In this document: positions 13,345-25,700 of the stretch, piece by piece
How the letters are laid out: every line of letters starts with the position of its first letter
Position numbering within the stretch: the stretch's first letter is position 1
Source: Octopus sinensis
Taxonomy: Eukaryota
Direction of reading: 5' to 3'
Assembly: GCF_006345805.1 (NCBI RefSeq)
Contig: NC_043003.1
Span: 82,832,001-82,896,000 of the forward strand
Length of the DNA stretch: 64,000 nucleotides
The notes under the pieces: model-generated
The model's database searches: none
What the model saw: the letters and a program-made list of their open reading frames with translations, nothing else
What the model was told of the DNA's origin: nothing
Translations under genes and position numbers: made by a program

Positions 13345-14303
13345 GTGTGTGTGTGTGTGTGTGCGTGTGTGTGTGTATATATGTGTGTGTGTGTGTGTTT
13401 GTGTGTTTGTGTGTATATATTAGTATACCCGGACTGTCAAAAGTGACAGATTTCACACAAAGATATATACTGGAACTGCAATTTAATACATGGATCGACA
13501 TGAAATACATCCCATATATACAATATAAGCTTCTTACAATACGTCATATATCGTTGCTAGGTAAGTTTAGAATAAAATTTCATTTGTCAGAGGCAGTATA
13601 TTTTACCAACAATGAATTGTAGCGCATCGTTCCCTACAGCTCCATTATAAATAAAAACTTCTCTTGTAATATATATAAACCTTCTACGGTGAAACCCCGA
13701 TGCATTACAATAAAAAATCTAATATGTAATATACGTTCACGTCATATATTTCCTTTACATAACATACATGGTTTTCCGTACAACTTATACTATATTTTTA
13801 AGTATTAAAATATTCATATTTCCAATGATATATAATATATATTTCCGACATTGCAAGTCTACACTATATGGTGCATCATACATTATTGGACATAATTTCG
13901 GTGTTCCTTTGTTGAGTCTTTTATGAACATAGTTCGGCTGACATGTGCCGAGTACACTTTGCCCCATCTTCGGTTGGATGCTTGTTTATAAAAGATTTGT
14001 TTTCCCCTCATCATCAATCATCACTTCTTTCTTCGTGCAAACTCTTATTATCCTTACTTTTAGCATACGCATGCGTAGTATGCGGGTATGGATACACACA
14101 CTCATACACACACACGCATACGCACGCGCATATACACATGTACTCATGTATACACGTACATATAGACACATATCTAACATATCCATACATGCATGCATAA
14201 ATATATGTAAAATTCCAGATTGCTGTAGAAGACACATGTATGTTTGTGCCGGTGTGCTCGCACGTAGGTGCGTGCATCGTGTGCGTGTACATGTATATGT
14301 ATA

Positions 14304-14359
<56 letters not shown>

Positions 14360-14368
14360 GTATGTATG

Positions 14369-14405
<37 letters not shown>

Positions 14406-14450
14406 ATGGATTCATGTATTTATGAATTTAGATATATATGTATATATATA

Positions 14451-14520
14451 ATGGCAGTGCCCCTGCATGGCCATAGCTTGTGAGCTGAAACTCGATGAAA
14501 ATAAAAAAAAGAAAAGAAAA
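14451..14520 (+). mobile_element. Extreme 5'-truncated LINE tail in (TA)n
   Basis: atggcagtgcccctgcatggccatagcttgtgagctgaaact-A-rich, nearly identical to the LINE 3' end at 12464-12505. Confidence 0.85.
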
Positions 14521-15269
14521 TATATATACACACACAAAGACATACACACACAGGCACACACACATACATATACATATATATATATATATACATATATACA
14601 TACATATGCATATATACAGATGTATATATGAATGCGTGTATGATGTTATACATGTATAGTCTGTGTATGTGTGCATGCATGTATGTGCGCGCACGAGTGT
14701 GTATTATTAAATGACAAGGAAAGAGAAATTAGAAATCACCTTTATTATTTTATAGCTGTTTCTGCTATAAGTGAAGAGTGAAGTCAAAGCCTGCTGCTTG
14801 CGCAACATCTGACAGCCTCCTTGGAGGATTTAAAACCGAGTGCCTGTGTATATCGGAGAGCGTTCTCATGACGTAGTTTTTAAAGCATATATGTATATTG
14901 ACTCCTAGCAACTAGTTATTATTCTCGCAATGCCTAAGGGAAATCATTGTACAACTCGATTCAAATATATACAGTGTAGAGATATACCTACCTAAACAAA
15001 TGATCCGTTGGTTCTACATCTAGAAGGAAAGATAGGCAAAATACCGACACACAGACACACATAGACACGCACACATGTCAATATATGCTAACTATGAAAG
15101 CCGAAAATGTTCTCCCCAAACTGCGTGACGAAAGGTTACATAAAACTCTAAGCAACAGTTACTGACAATTCTTTCGAGTTTAATAAGTATTATATTACTC
15201 TACCTTTCGTATTCGAGAACTATTTTCACCTATATACAGCATGGCTGTGTGGTAAGAAGTTTTTTCCAG

Positions 15270-15784
15270 AAGGCGGCGAGCTGTCAGAAATATTAGCACG
15301 CCGGGCGAAATGCACTGGAGTCGATGTAATCGACTTAATCTCTTTGTCTGTCCTTGTTTGTCCCCTCTGTGCATACCCCTTTGTGGGCAGTAAAGAAACA
15401 AGAAACGTTAGCGCGCCGAGCGAAATGTTTAGCAACATTCGTCCGCTGTTACGTTCTGAGTTCAAATTCCGCCGAGGTCTACTTTGCCTTTCATCCTTTC
15501 GGGTTTCATTAAATAAGTACCAGTTATGCACTGGAGTCGATATAATCGACTTAATACGTCTGTCTGTCCTTGTTTGTCCTCTCTGTGTTTAGTCCCTTGT
15601 GAATAGTAAAGAAATATGTATTTCGTCTGTCTTTACATTCTGAGTTCAAATTCCGCCGAGGTCGACTTTGCCTTTCATCATTTCGGCGTCGATAAATCAA
15701 CTACCAGTTACGTACTGGGGTCGGTCTAATCGACTGGCCGCCTCCCCCAAAACTTTGGGCCTTGTGCCTAGAGTAGAAAAGAAG
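15270..15784 (+). mobile_element. Multimeric SINE family B composite with ~15-bp TSD, inserted in a family A SINE head
   Basis: Three partially repeated modules; TSD agaagttttttccag (15255-15269) / agaatttttttccag (15785-15799). Confidence 0.85.
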
Positions 15785-16318
15785 AGAATTTTTTTCCAGT
15801 CACAGACAGGGGAGGCCAAAATTTGGAATATATTCTCTAAAATTAAAACTTTTATTCCTAGTACAACTCGATTCAAATATATACAACGTAGAGATATACA
15901 TACCTAAAAAAACTGATCCAGTATTTCTATATCTTGAAGATATAGACAAAATAATAAAATTTAGTTCTAGACAAAATTGCTTACAATTAATAAATAGCGG
16001 ATAGTTTAATTTTCTGTCCTATATTCCAAACGTTTGGCCACGAGTGTAGTTCCAGGTTTAGCCTCGGGCCAATCTAAACCTCCTGGGAATTTGCTTGACG
16101 GAAACCGATAGAGGCCGATGTATGTATGTATGCATTTATGTATTTTTGCGCATATTTGTATAGTGATCTGATGTTCTATAGGACCGATTTGAGCGATCTT
16201 TTGAAGGTTTTGCCCATACGTTATACGGACGTAACTCAATTACATTAGTGAAATTTCCTGCAGTGTATCTTATCATTTTCGCTGTTGGTTCGGTTTTACA
16301 AGAACGCAGTGAGAGAGT

Positions 16319-16388
<70 letters not shown>

Positions 16389-17974
16389 CAGGGAAGTAGA
16401 AAGTAACCGGAACAGGTGGATAAAAATACAGTGCGATGACTGGTTCTTTGATTATTATAAAGAGATTTACATAAAATTCTTTCTGCCGATAAAATTTGTG
16501 AATTTCTCAATTCTCTTTAGAAATATATTTATACATTTGAGTGTTTATGTATACATCTTTCTATGTATGTATGTATTTTGTATGTATGTATGTATTTATG
16601 CATGTATGTATGTATGTATGTATCCATATGTGTAGGTATGTATGGAACAGGTGTAAGAGAATTTACTTATCTACCGTAACTGTTTTAAGCTTCATTAATA
16701 CCTTATAATTTTTTGTAGTCTTTATTATGATGTAAATAACCTTGTGTAAAGTACAATCCTTTAATTGTCCGTCGTCCACTTTTGATTTACTTATATCCGC
16801 TAAATGACATCCCACTATCTATCTAGCCACCTTGGATATGTAATTTCAACACTTCATTCCCAATTGTACTTTAAGCCAGAGTTTTAGTGGTAAACCGATC
16901 TAAGAGATTATTGTACATACCTATTAATGTACGCCAATCGACATATACTATTAGAATGTTCCCTATGTATGTATGTACGCATGTATATATGTAATTATGT
17001 ATGCGTGTATGTATGTGTCTGTAAATGTTTGCATTTATTTATGCATTCTGAGTTCAATTTTTACCCCGGATAATACCTATGACATTAATCCGTTCGGTGT
17101 CAATGAGATAAAGTTGCGATGAAGTTCTGATATGAACTGCATCGACTTACCCTCAACCCTGAAACCTGTTGGCTCTTTGCCTAAATCAGAAGCAGTTTAT
17201 TTATGCATATAAGTATGTTTTTTGCATAACATTAAATCTCATTGTACGCAATTGCGTATATACACAACTACACCACTGGCGCCTATATGTGCCTGCATAT
17301 AAATATACGCATGTGTGTGTGTGTGTGTGTGCTACATGCACGTATGCTATATGTGTGCTGTAAGGAGATACACATCACCATTTGTAAACTCCAATATTTA
17401 AAGAATATGTTTCAAAGAAAGTTTTCTGATAATATCAAAGACGAAATTTTAATGCTGGGTTTGCCAAAGCGGCGAGTACTAAGAGAAAAGTGAATCGAAA
17501 CTTTGAATAATAATTTTTTTTTTCTGAATTATAATATCCCATGTTTAAAACATAAAATCGAAGAAATTTCCGAAAAGAAAACTAAAATAAAAAAAAGCTT
17601 TTAGCAGGGTGGGGTGTTTATTATGAATTTCTTGACCGCCTTTCTATATATGTAATCATGCACTAGAAAAAATTTTCTTTCCTTCACTGAAGTAGCAGGA
17701 GCTACTTTGAGAAAATTGTGCTGTTATCTCTAGCAAGTCAAGCAGAAGCCTAGACGCTTACTATTTCGTTCACCAATTCCTACAGATTAATAAAACACTG
17801 AATTTGATGATGGAGTGCTTACGCATAATGATATATATATATATATATTTATATATAGAGGGCATTATTATACATACATGCCACACGCTAAGAGGGACAA
17901 AATTAGTCATTTCTACCAAAAATTTTACTAATCCCACCGAATGCAATTTTTCAAAGTAAGACATTTAAAAATAT

Positions 17975-18023
17975 AGACTTGTATCACCTGTGATTTCATA
18001 CCTCTGTATTCATCAGCAAGCCT
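17975..18023 (-). ncRNA. Type I hammerhead ribozyme motif, copy 1
   Basis: AGGCUUG-CUGAUGA-AUAC(AGAG)GUAU-GAAA-UCAC(AG)GUGA-UA^CAAGUCU: complete core with stems I, II, III. Confidence 0.88.
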
Positions 18024-18432
18024 GGGCGTATCATAAATAAACGACCCTACCTCGTCTAAGCCGAGCAGCTAACTGATCAACATCAACGAAGCACATGGGT
18101 GAGTTTACATATATTACATCCGGTAAATGACAGACTTTTACGAATTGCATTTCGGAAAAGAAAAGTTTTTTCGGAATAAAAATTTAGCAATTAAGGACAA
18201 CTTCTTAATAAGGAAAACTTAACAAGAAATTATCAGGTAGATAGCGTGAAAGACCTCATAAGAGAAAAAATTTCGAAAATAATTCTTTCTTATTGAACAT
18301 ATTAATTTATATATAGAGGGCATTATTATACATACATGCCACACGCTAAGAGGGACAAAATTAGTCATTTCTAACAAAAATTTTACTAATGCCACCGAAT
18401 GCAATTTTTCAAAGTAAGACATTTAAAAATAT

Positions 18433-18481
18433 AGACTTGTATCACCTGTGATTTCATACCTCTGTATTCATCAGCAAGCCT
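18433..18481 (-). ncRNA. Type I hammerhead ribozyme motif, copy 2
   Basis: Same 49-nt motif. Confidence 0.88.
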
Positions 18482-18890
18482 GGACGTATCATAAATAAAC
18501 GACCCTACCTCGTCTAAGCCGAGCAGCTAACTGATCAACATCAACGAAGCACATGGGTGAGTTTACATATATTACATCCGGTAAATGACAGACTTTTACG
18601 AATTGCATTTCGGAAAAGAAAAGTTTTTTCGGAATAAAAATTTAGCAATTAAGGACAACTTCTTAATAAGGAAAACTTAACAAGAAATTATCAGGTAGAT
18701 AGCGTGAAAGACCTCATAAGAGAAAAAATTTCGAAAATAATTCTTTCTTATTGAACATATTAATTTATATATAGAGGGCATTATTATACATACATGCCAC
18801 ACGCTAAGAGGGACAAAATTAGTCATTTCTAACAAAAATTTTACTAATGCCACCGAATGCAATTTTTCAAAGTAAGACATTTAAAAATAT

Positions 18891-18939
18891 AGACTTGTAT
18901 CACCTGTGATTTCATACCTCTGTATTCATCAGCAAGCCT
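18891..18939 (-). ncRNA. Type I hammerhead ribozyme motif, copy 3
   Basis: Same 49-nt motif. Confidence 0.88.
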
Positions 18940-18975
18940 GGACGTGTGATAAATAAACGACCCTATGCAATTTGT

Positions 18976-19392
18976 AAATGCAATTCGTAAAAGTCTGCCA
19001 TTTACCGGATGTAATATATGTAAACTCACCCATGCGCTTCGTTGATGTTGATCAGTTAGCTGCTCGGCTTAGACGAGGTAGGGTCGTTTATTTATGATAC
19101 GCCCAGGCTTGCTGATGAATACAGAGGTATGAAATCACAGGTGATACAAGTCTATATTTTTAAATGTCTTACTTTGAAAAATTGCATTCGGTGGGATTAG
19201 TAAAATTTTTGGTAGAAATGACTAATTTTGTCCCTCTTAGCGTGTGGCATGTATGTATAATAATGCCCTCTATATATAAATTAATATGTTCAATAAGAAA
19301 GAATTATTTTTTCTCTTATGAGGTCTTTCACGCTATCTACCTGATAATTTCTTGTTAAGTTTTCCTTATTAAGAAGTTGTCCTTAATTGCTA
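18976..19392 (+). repeat. Inverted, nearly full unit of the 458-bp repeat
   Basis: Reverse complement of the array unit with a 9-nt deletion near 19310; ends in (TA)n. Confidence 0.95.
19105..19153 (+). ncRNA. Type I hammerhead ribozyme motif, copy 4 (predicted cut after 19146)
   Basis: aggcttg ctgatga atac agag gtat gaaa tcac ag gtga ta caagtct. Confidence 0.88.
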
Positions 19393-19418
19393 TATATATA
19401 TGTTGGGGGGTATGTGTG

Positions 19419-19728
19419 TGGAGGCGCAATGGCCCAGTGATAAGGGCAGCGGACTCGCGGTTGTAGGATCGTGGTTCGATTCCCAGACCGGGCGTTGTGA
19501 GTGTTTATTGAGCGAAAACACCTAAAGCTCCACGTGGCTCCGGTAGCGGGTGGTGGTGATCCCTGCTGTACTCTTTCGCCACAACTTTCTCTCACTCTTT
19601 CTTCTGTCGGCTTGCTCGCTTAGCTAGCGAGATGGCGCCATTTGAAGGCTAAAACAATGCGAAGAGCATTGTGACCAGCGATGTGTAGCAACATCTGATA
19701 TCCTGGTCGGTCACGGTGATCACGGTGA
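19419..19728 (+). mobile_element. tRNA-derived SINE family C, alternative 3' tail
   Basis: A-box tggcccagtga, B-box ggttcgattcc; first ~180 nt match 22329/31163 copies, tail unrelated. Confidence 0.88.
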
Positions 19729-19887
19729 TATATATATATATATAATTATAAAAAAAACGTGTAGTAAATATATATACGAACATATACTAAATACACAAAC
19801 GAACGGAAATCACAAGCAGTCACCAACTCCTCTTTAGTTATCGGCCATAGTGTCGAGCGCAATTTCGAATAGAAAGATAGATAGAGA

Positions 19888-20001
<114 letters not shown>

Positions 20002-21278
20002 TACATAGACACACATGGGTACGCACGAAAACATGTTCATATACACTCACACAAATTCAAGAGGTTTGAGAGGTGAATACATATTTAATTCTACAGGATT
20101 ACGGCTGTTTCGGAACTTTCGTTATGTAGTTTTACATTCAGCATGCAATAAATTATGCGTCCATGCTTTCTTAAAATCTATGATCAGTATTATACAATAC
20201 AATTGTGTATTCACAAATTAATGCAAATGGACCTAGCTTATCAGATCACCGAATCATCTTGCATTTTGTATATCGTGCTTAACGTTTGACAAAGTAAAAG
20301 AAAATCACAAATTTGTGGTATTCCTTTTCAGAAAGTATTTCATATAGATGTATAGTAATAAAAAGCACGGACGGCATCAGTAGCAGGCGAAGAGTGTCCA
20401 AAAGCAGCGATAGAAATGCTAGATTACACGAATTCTATTTGTTACCGCGCCATCTGCTCAGCAGCAGGCACCCAGTATCAACCGCATACTTAGACAAATT
20501 TCGCTTCCACTAATACGTAGAAAAACAATGATTAATGAGACACAGCTGTCGCGAGTAGCTGGGGGGATGGGCCAAAATTTGTAATTAGCGACAGACACTT
20601 TTATTACTACTGAATAGCTAACTCTATATTTTACACATCGAGGTTATACTAAAAGAAAGCCTCGTTATCGGTAGTCAGTCGAATCTTGCTACCGATAATG
20701 AGCAAATACGCAGCAGGCATGTGATCTGAAAATCAAACCGCTGATACTGAAAATATTCAGTGACTTTCAGCAGTATATGCCTAATACAGGATGCTTTCTC
20801 AGGACAAATACCACGGTACTACTTCTGTCTTTTAGTATATCCACTTTAAATAAGATATACAAGTTGGTTTTCGTTTGTAATATTGGATCCGTAGCTTATA
20901 ACGAATATAAACGCTCACACACCACACACACACATACCCAAAAACACACACACACACATGCACACGCATATAAATATATACATATATATGTGTATATACA
21001 CACACATATGTATATCAATATATGTATATATCGGAGCACTATATGTGTATAAGTGAAGGCGCATGGCTGAGTGGTTAGAGAGCTAGACTCACAATCACGA
21101 GGTAGTGAGTTCGATTCTCGGACCGTGCTACGTGTTGTGTTCTTTATTTCACGTAATGCCATTACGCTCAGTTGTTTCAGCTCTTGCCTTTCCATTGGAT
21201 AACAAAAAAAAAAAAATTATCGGTTTTGTGCCTTGGTGTAATCGCATGGTCGGTCATGACATGAAGAGGGTCTTTACC

Positions 21279-21314
<36 letters not shown>

Positions 21315-22328
21315 CACCAGAATCAGTACATAATGTGAAACTGAGTGGGGAATAGGACTTCAATAACGGTGGTAAAGTAATATGCCTTATCAAAACTGCA
21401 AGACATTTGCAAGATCCATTATGCAGCGTTCCCTTTCCTGTTCGTTGGACAGATTTGGTAAACAGCTTTTTTGATAAAGTATATTATATATGTATGTATT
21501 TGTATAGGTATATGGATATATGCATGTACTTATGTATGTATGTATGTATGTACGTATGTATGTATATTTGTAGGTATGTATGTATGTATGCATGCATAGT
21601 AATAAGGAAAACCTTTCAAGATGGAAATTTATATATTTTATTGATGTGAGTGTGTGTATGTGTTTGTATGCACATGTTTCTGCTGGACTATATTCAACAT
21701 CGATGGGAGATTATTAAATATTATTTATAATTTCTATGGATGTTACAGGAGTCCACTACTTCATGGACATACTTCATCAAGCACTTTGCAATAATGAAGA
21801 AATTCAAAAGAAGCACCCAACCACCTTTAGCATATTTATAATGCAAAATCCCCGATAAATTATGCATATGAAGTAATGGAATTTCTTAAGATACATAGAT
21901 ATCATAAATAATATTTAATGATATCCCATGGATGTAAGAATACAGCTGCAAACAAACGTGTTATTCAGAAGCATACGTAGTGATGCATGGACAGAATATA
22001 TAATGTTCTATCTACAAAATCTCTCGTTATTACTATTTTTACCCTAATGTATAAAAAGTTCCGCGTACATAACCATCCCCTAGGGTTACTCTGGAAAAAG
22101 GAAATAATAGGCAGTAGCCTACAATATGTAGCATAGGGTCCTTTGAGACCTCAGTCGGCGACATGTGCCCTGAACAAATTAAAACCGTGTGTATGTGTGC
22201 ATAGGTACATATGCAAGTGTTTATATATATATATACATATATATATATGGGGGGGGGGCGTGTCATTTATCACATATATACACACAAATGTCTCTCTCTA
22301 TATATATGTATGTATACATATATGCAAG

Positions 22329-22700
22329 TGGAGGCGCAATGGCCCAGTGGTTAGGGCAGCGGACTCGCGGTCGTAGGATCGCGGTTTCGATTCCCAGACC
22401 GGGTGTTGTGAGTGTTTATTGAGCGAAAACACCTAAAGCTCCACGAGGCTCCGGCAGGGATGGTGGTGATCCCTGCTGTACTCTTTCACCACAACTTTCT
22501 CTCACTCTTACTTCCTGTTTCTGTTGTACCTGTATTTCAAAGGGCCGGCCTGTGTCACGCTGAATATCCCCGAGAACTACGTTAAGGGTACACGTGTCTG
22601 TGGAGTGCTCAGCCACTTACACGTTAATTTCACGAGCAGGCTGTTCCGTTGATCGGATCAACCGGAACCCTCGTCGTCGTAACCGACGGAGTGCTTCAAA
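22329..22700 (+). mobile_element. tRNA-derived SINE family C with 11-bp TSD
   Basis: A/B boxes; TSD acatatatgca at 22316-22326 and 22702-22712. Confidence 0.9.
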
Positions 22701-24379
22701 AACATATATGCATATATATATGCATACATACATATATACAAACATACATACATACTTATATAAGCAACCATATTGTCTCTAGGAGCATATTCAAAGAAAG
22801 TAGTACTTATGCAAGAATGTGCCAACATTAACTGGCGTATTCTTTAAAAAATTCCTCTATGCAGTAATACACGTCTAAAGGTATTAATCGACAAATGGGA
22901 AAATAGTAGGCGCAATAAAAGAACATGCTTCAGATAATACATCTTTAATAACATCTCTGGAAATGTTTGTGACTGAAACATGATTTTAAGAGTAGATTTT
23001 ATTAGTTCCGCGCAAGGAACAAGTATTTGGGAGGTTTTGAGTTCGAAATATTTAAAATAACAAAATACGATTTCGTTCTCAAATGAGCACTAAGAGCAGT
23101 TTAAATGATTTGAGAACATTTAAATGCCCGAGAAAAGCTTTTGTTCATACTGCCAAAAGTAAATTTTTTATGATATAGAGAAACACATGCATTTTAGATT
23201 TCTCTAGGATCATTACACATACATATAGGAAAAAATCCATAAGCTTATATATCACAACATAAATAGAGAAACCTCACTTTAGCCTGTTAGCTTGATATAG
23301 ATTACTGAAGCAAAATGGCTAGCCCCTAGGGGGCTCCATATTTCGTTTAAATATCACAAAATTAAGTTCATAGCTGAATCCAAATGATGAATTCTCAATG
23401 AACTAGATATCATAAATAAGCGAATCATAGATAAAATTATTGATAGTATTCGCTAATCTAGTTATCTCCCTCTATGGAAAACAGTTCTGCTACAAAATTT
23501 TAACCAAATATACAATAGATGGTTATGAATTTACTCATTTTGACAGATCTAAGTTTAATCTGTCTATCTCAAAATCTCTACAGCTTACCTCTTTGGGTAT
23601 CGGCAAGAACATTATATCCATTTGCGATCTGAATATTGATATCAGGCATGCCAGAAAGTATCTGCTTTTCTATGGACAACCAATTTGGATGATGCATGAT
23701 AGATAAGCTTTTTGAATTTTACGATGAGCAACTATGATGGGGTTAGGTATGTATGTAGACTTGTATGTTGATATATATATATATATATATATATATACGT
23801 TTACATTGGCTAAACTGGCAAAATGACCATTCCTAAATACAACAATATATATATATTATATAAACATAAATATGACTCTCTGTGGAAAAAATTGAACTTC
23901 ACAGATATCTTAATACATTATAGAGATGAGGATTTGGATATACCATGCCATATATACTACCATCAATTAAAGAGGCTAAGAAAACTTATAAACGTATTTA
24001 AAAAATTTAATTTCAAAAATAGTTCTCACAACAAATATCAGATCCCACACAAGATATAGGTAAATGAAAAGAATGTCCCCTAGCGGAAAACTGGCGGATA
24101 ACTCTTCTAGTCACGTACAAGTAATAATGGAGATTTAGCAGTATTAGGTGATGAAACACTATATGTTTATCATATGAAGAAACTTGAAATCGTACAGTGT
24201 CATCTAATAACTATGCAGTAGAGTATATATTTTATCTCGAAAAACTACAATACATTCCTCGTAACAGACGACATTGGTATATATAGCCTGGCCAATTATA
24301 GCGCAGTAATTGAAATTGTGTTAAAGAGAATTTTTTTAAATCGTTCTGACCGCGTGTACATTGAGTTCTGAAACGATTG

Positions 24380-24743
24380 TTTGCATATTTATTCTTAACA
24401 CGTCTTAGAAGATTAAGACGCGAAATATTCTGACGTAGTATACGTCATATCAGAATAATTTACGACGTGTTAAGAATAAATGTGCGAAGACTCACCCGTC
24501 GAATTTCTCGCTGTAAACGGTGCAAATAACGATGTTTATCGTTGGCATAAATACGTACCTCTCAGCAAACGACTTGTTTACTGAAAGAAGGAGTGGCTGT
24601 ATGGTAAGTAGCTTGCTTACGAACCACATGGTACTGGGTTCACTCCCACTGCGTGGCACCTTGGGCAAGTGTCTTCCACTCTAACCTCGGGCCGACCAAA
24701 GCCTTGTGAGTGGACTTGGTAGACGGAAACTGAAAGAAGCCCG

Positions 24744-24808
<65 letters not shown>

Positions 24809-25214
24809 TGTGTGTGTGTATGTATGTTTGTGTGTCTATGTTTGCACCCCCAACATCGCTCAACAACGGATGCTGGTGTGTTTACGTACCCGTAACTTAC
24901 CGATTCGGCAAAAGAGACCGATAGAATAAGTACTAGGCTTACAAAGTTGCTCGACTAAAGGCGCTGCTCCAGCATGGCCACAGTCAAATGACTGAAACAA
25001 GTAAAAGAGTAAATCTAGCAGCTGCGTTTAGTGTCAGTGTTCTGGCTACTTATGTCTGAGGGGACACAACATGTCATAACACTGTGTCCCAGAACGCCGA
25101 GCATCAATGAACCAAGTGTGTTGCGCATACTTCGTCGTAAGAATGGGAAGTTATTCTCCTATGACGTATGCTACGTCAGAATCTGCCTAGACGTGTTAAG
25201 AATAAATATGCAAA
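24380..25214. mobile_element. Unclassified MITE/foldback element with long TIRs, interrupted by a SINE
   Basis: tttgcatatttattcttaacacgtct...attctgacgtag.atacgtcata at left is inverted at ~25150-25214. Confidence 0.7.
24589..25012 (+). mobile_element. SINE family A, full length
   Basis: ggagtggctgtatggtaag head, gggttcactccc B-box-like, central microsatellite, ggcgctgctccagcatggccacagtc tail. Confidence 0.9.
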
Positions 25215-25555
25215 TAAAAGTTAAGAGAATTTCTGCTCTCAGAAATAATTGAATCAGTACCATTTCACTCGCCTGGGAAGCATTTAAATAAGGAGTACCT
25301 CATGATTCGTAGACTGTTGTGAAATATAAGAGAAAAAGTTCCGCAAATCGCTAAAGTTTTACTAACATTTTACTAATTATTCAAAGCGAATATCTTTTAA
25401 TGTTTATTAGAAGTATCATCAACTCAGTTTGACTGCATTTATAGTTATCAAATTATTTAGATCACAAGCTACAGTGAAAGTATCATTGCGGGATTAGGAA
25501 CAAGTAAAAATTATTTTCGTGGGCAGGTTGATATAGATTCCAAACCGTATGGCGT

Positions 25556-25628
25556 GGGCATATGGCATAGTGGGTAAGAGCGCGGGGTGCTAACCCAAAG
25601 ATTGCAAGTTCGATTCCAGGCAGTGACA

Positions 25629-25630
<2 letters not shown>
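25556..25630 (+). mobile_element. tRNA-like SINE head followed by (AAT)n
   Basis: A-box tggcatagtggg, B-box gttcgattcc; no proper acceptor stem, so not called a tRNA gene. Confidence 0.7.

Positions 25631-25699
<69 letters not shown>

Positions 25700-25700
<1 letters not shown>

Larger units (their letters stand above)
17847..18965 (-). repeat. 458-bp tandem array (~2.4 units) of a hammerhead-containing repeat
   Basis: agacttgtatcacctg recurs at 17975, 18433, 18891 (period 458); units nearly identical. Confidence 0.97.

Noticed and set aside
17770-19358. Four similar 64-67 aa ORFs (MSYFEKLHSV...) as a peptide gene family
   Set aside because: They are by-products of the 458-bp repeat, with no domain and the first running into (TA)n; the RNA motif explains the repeat better
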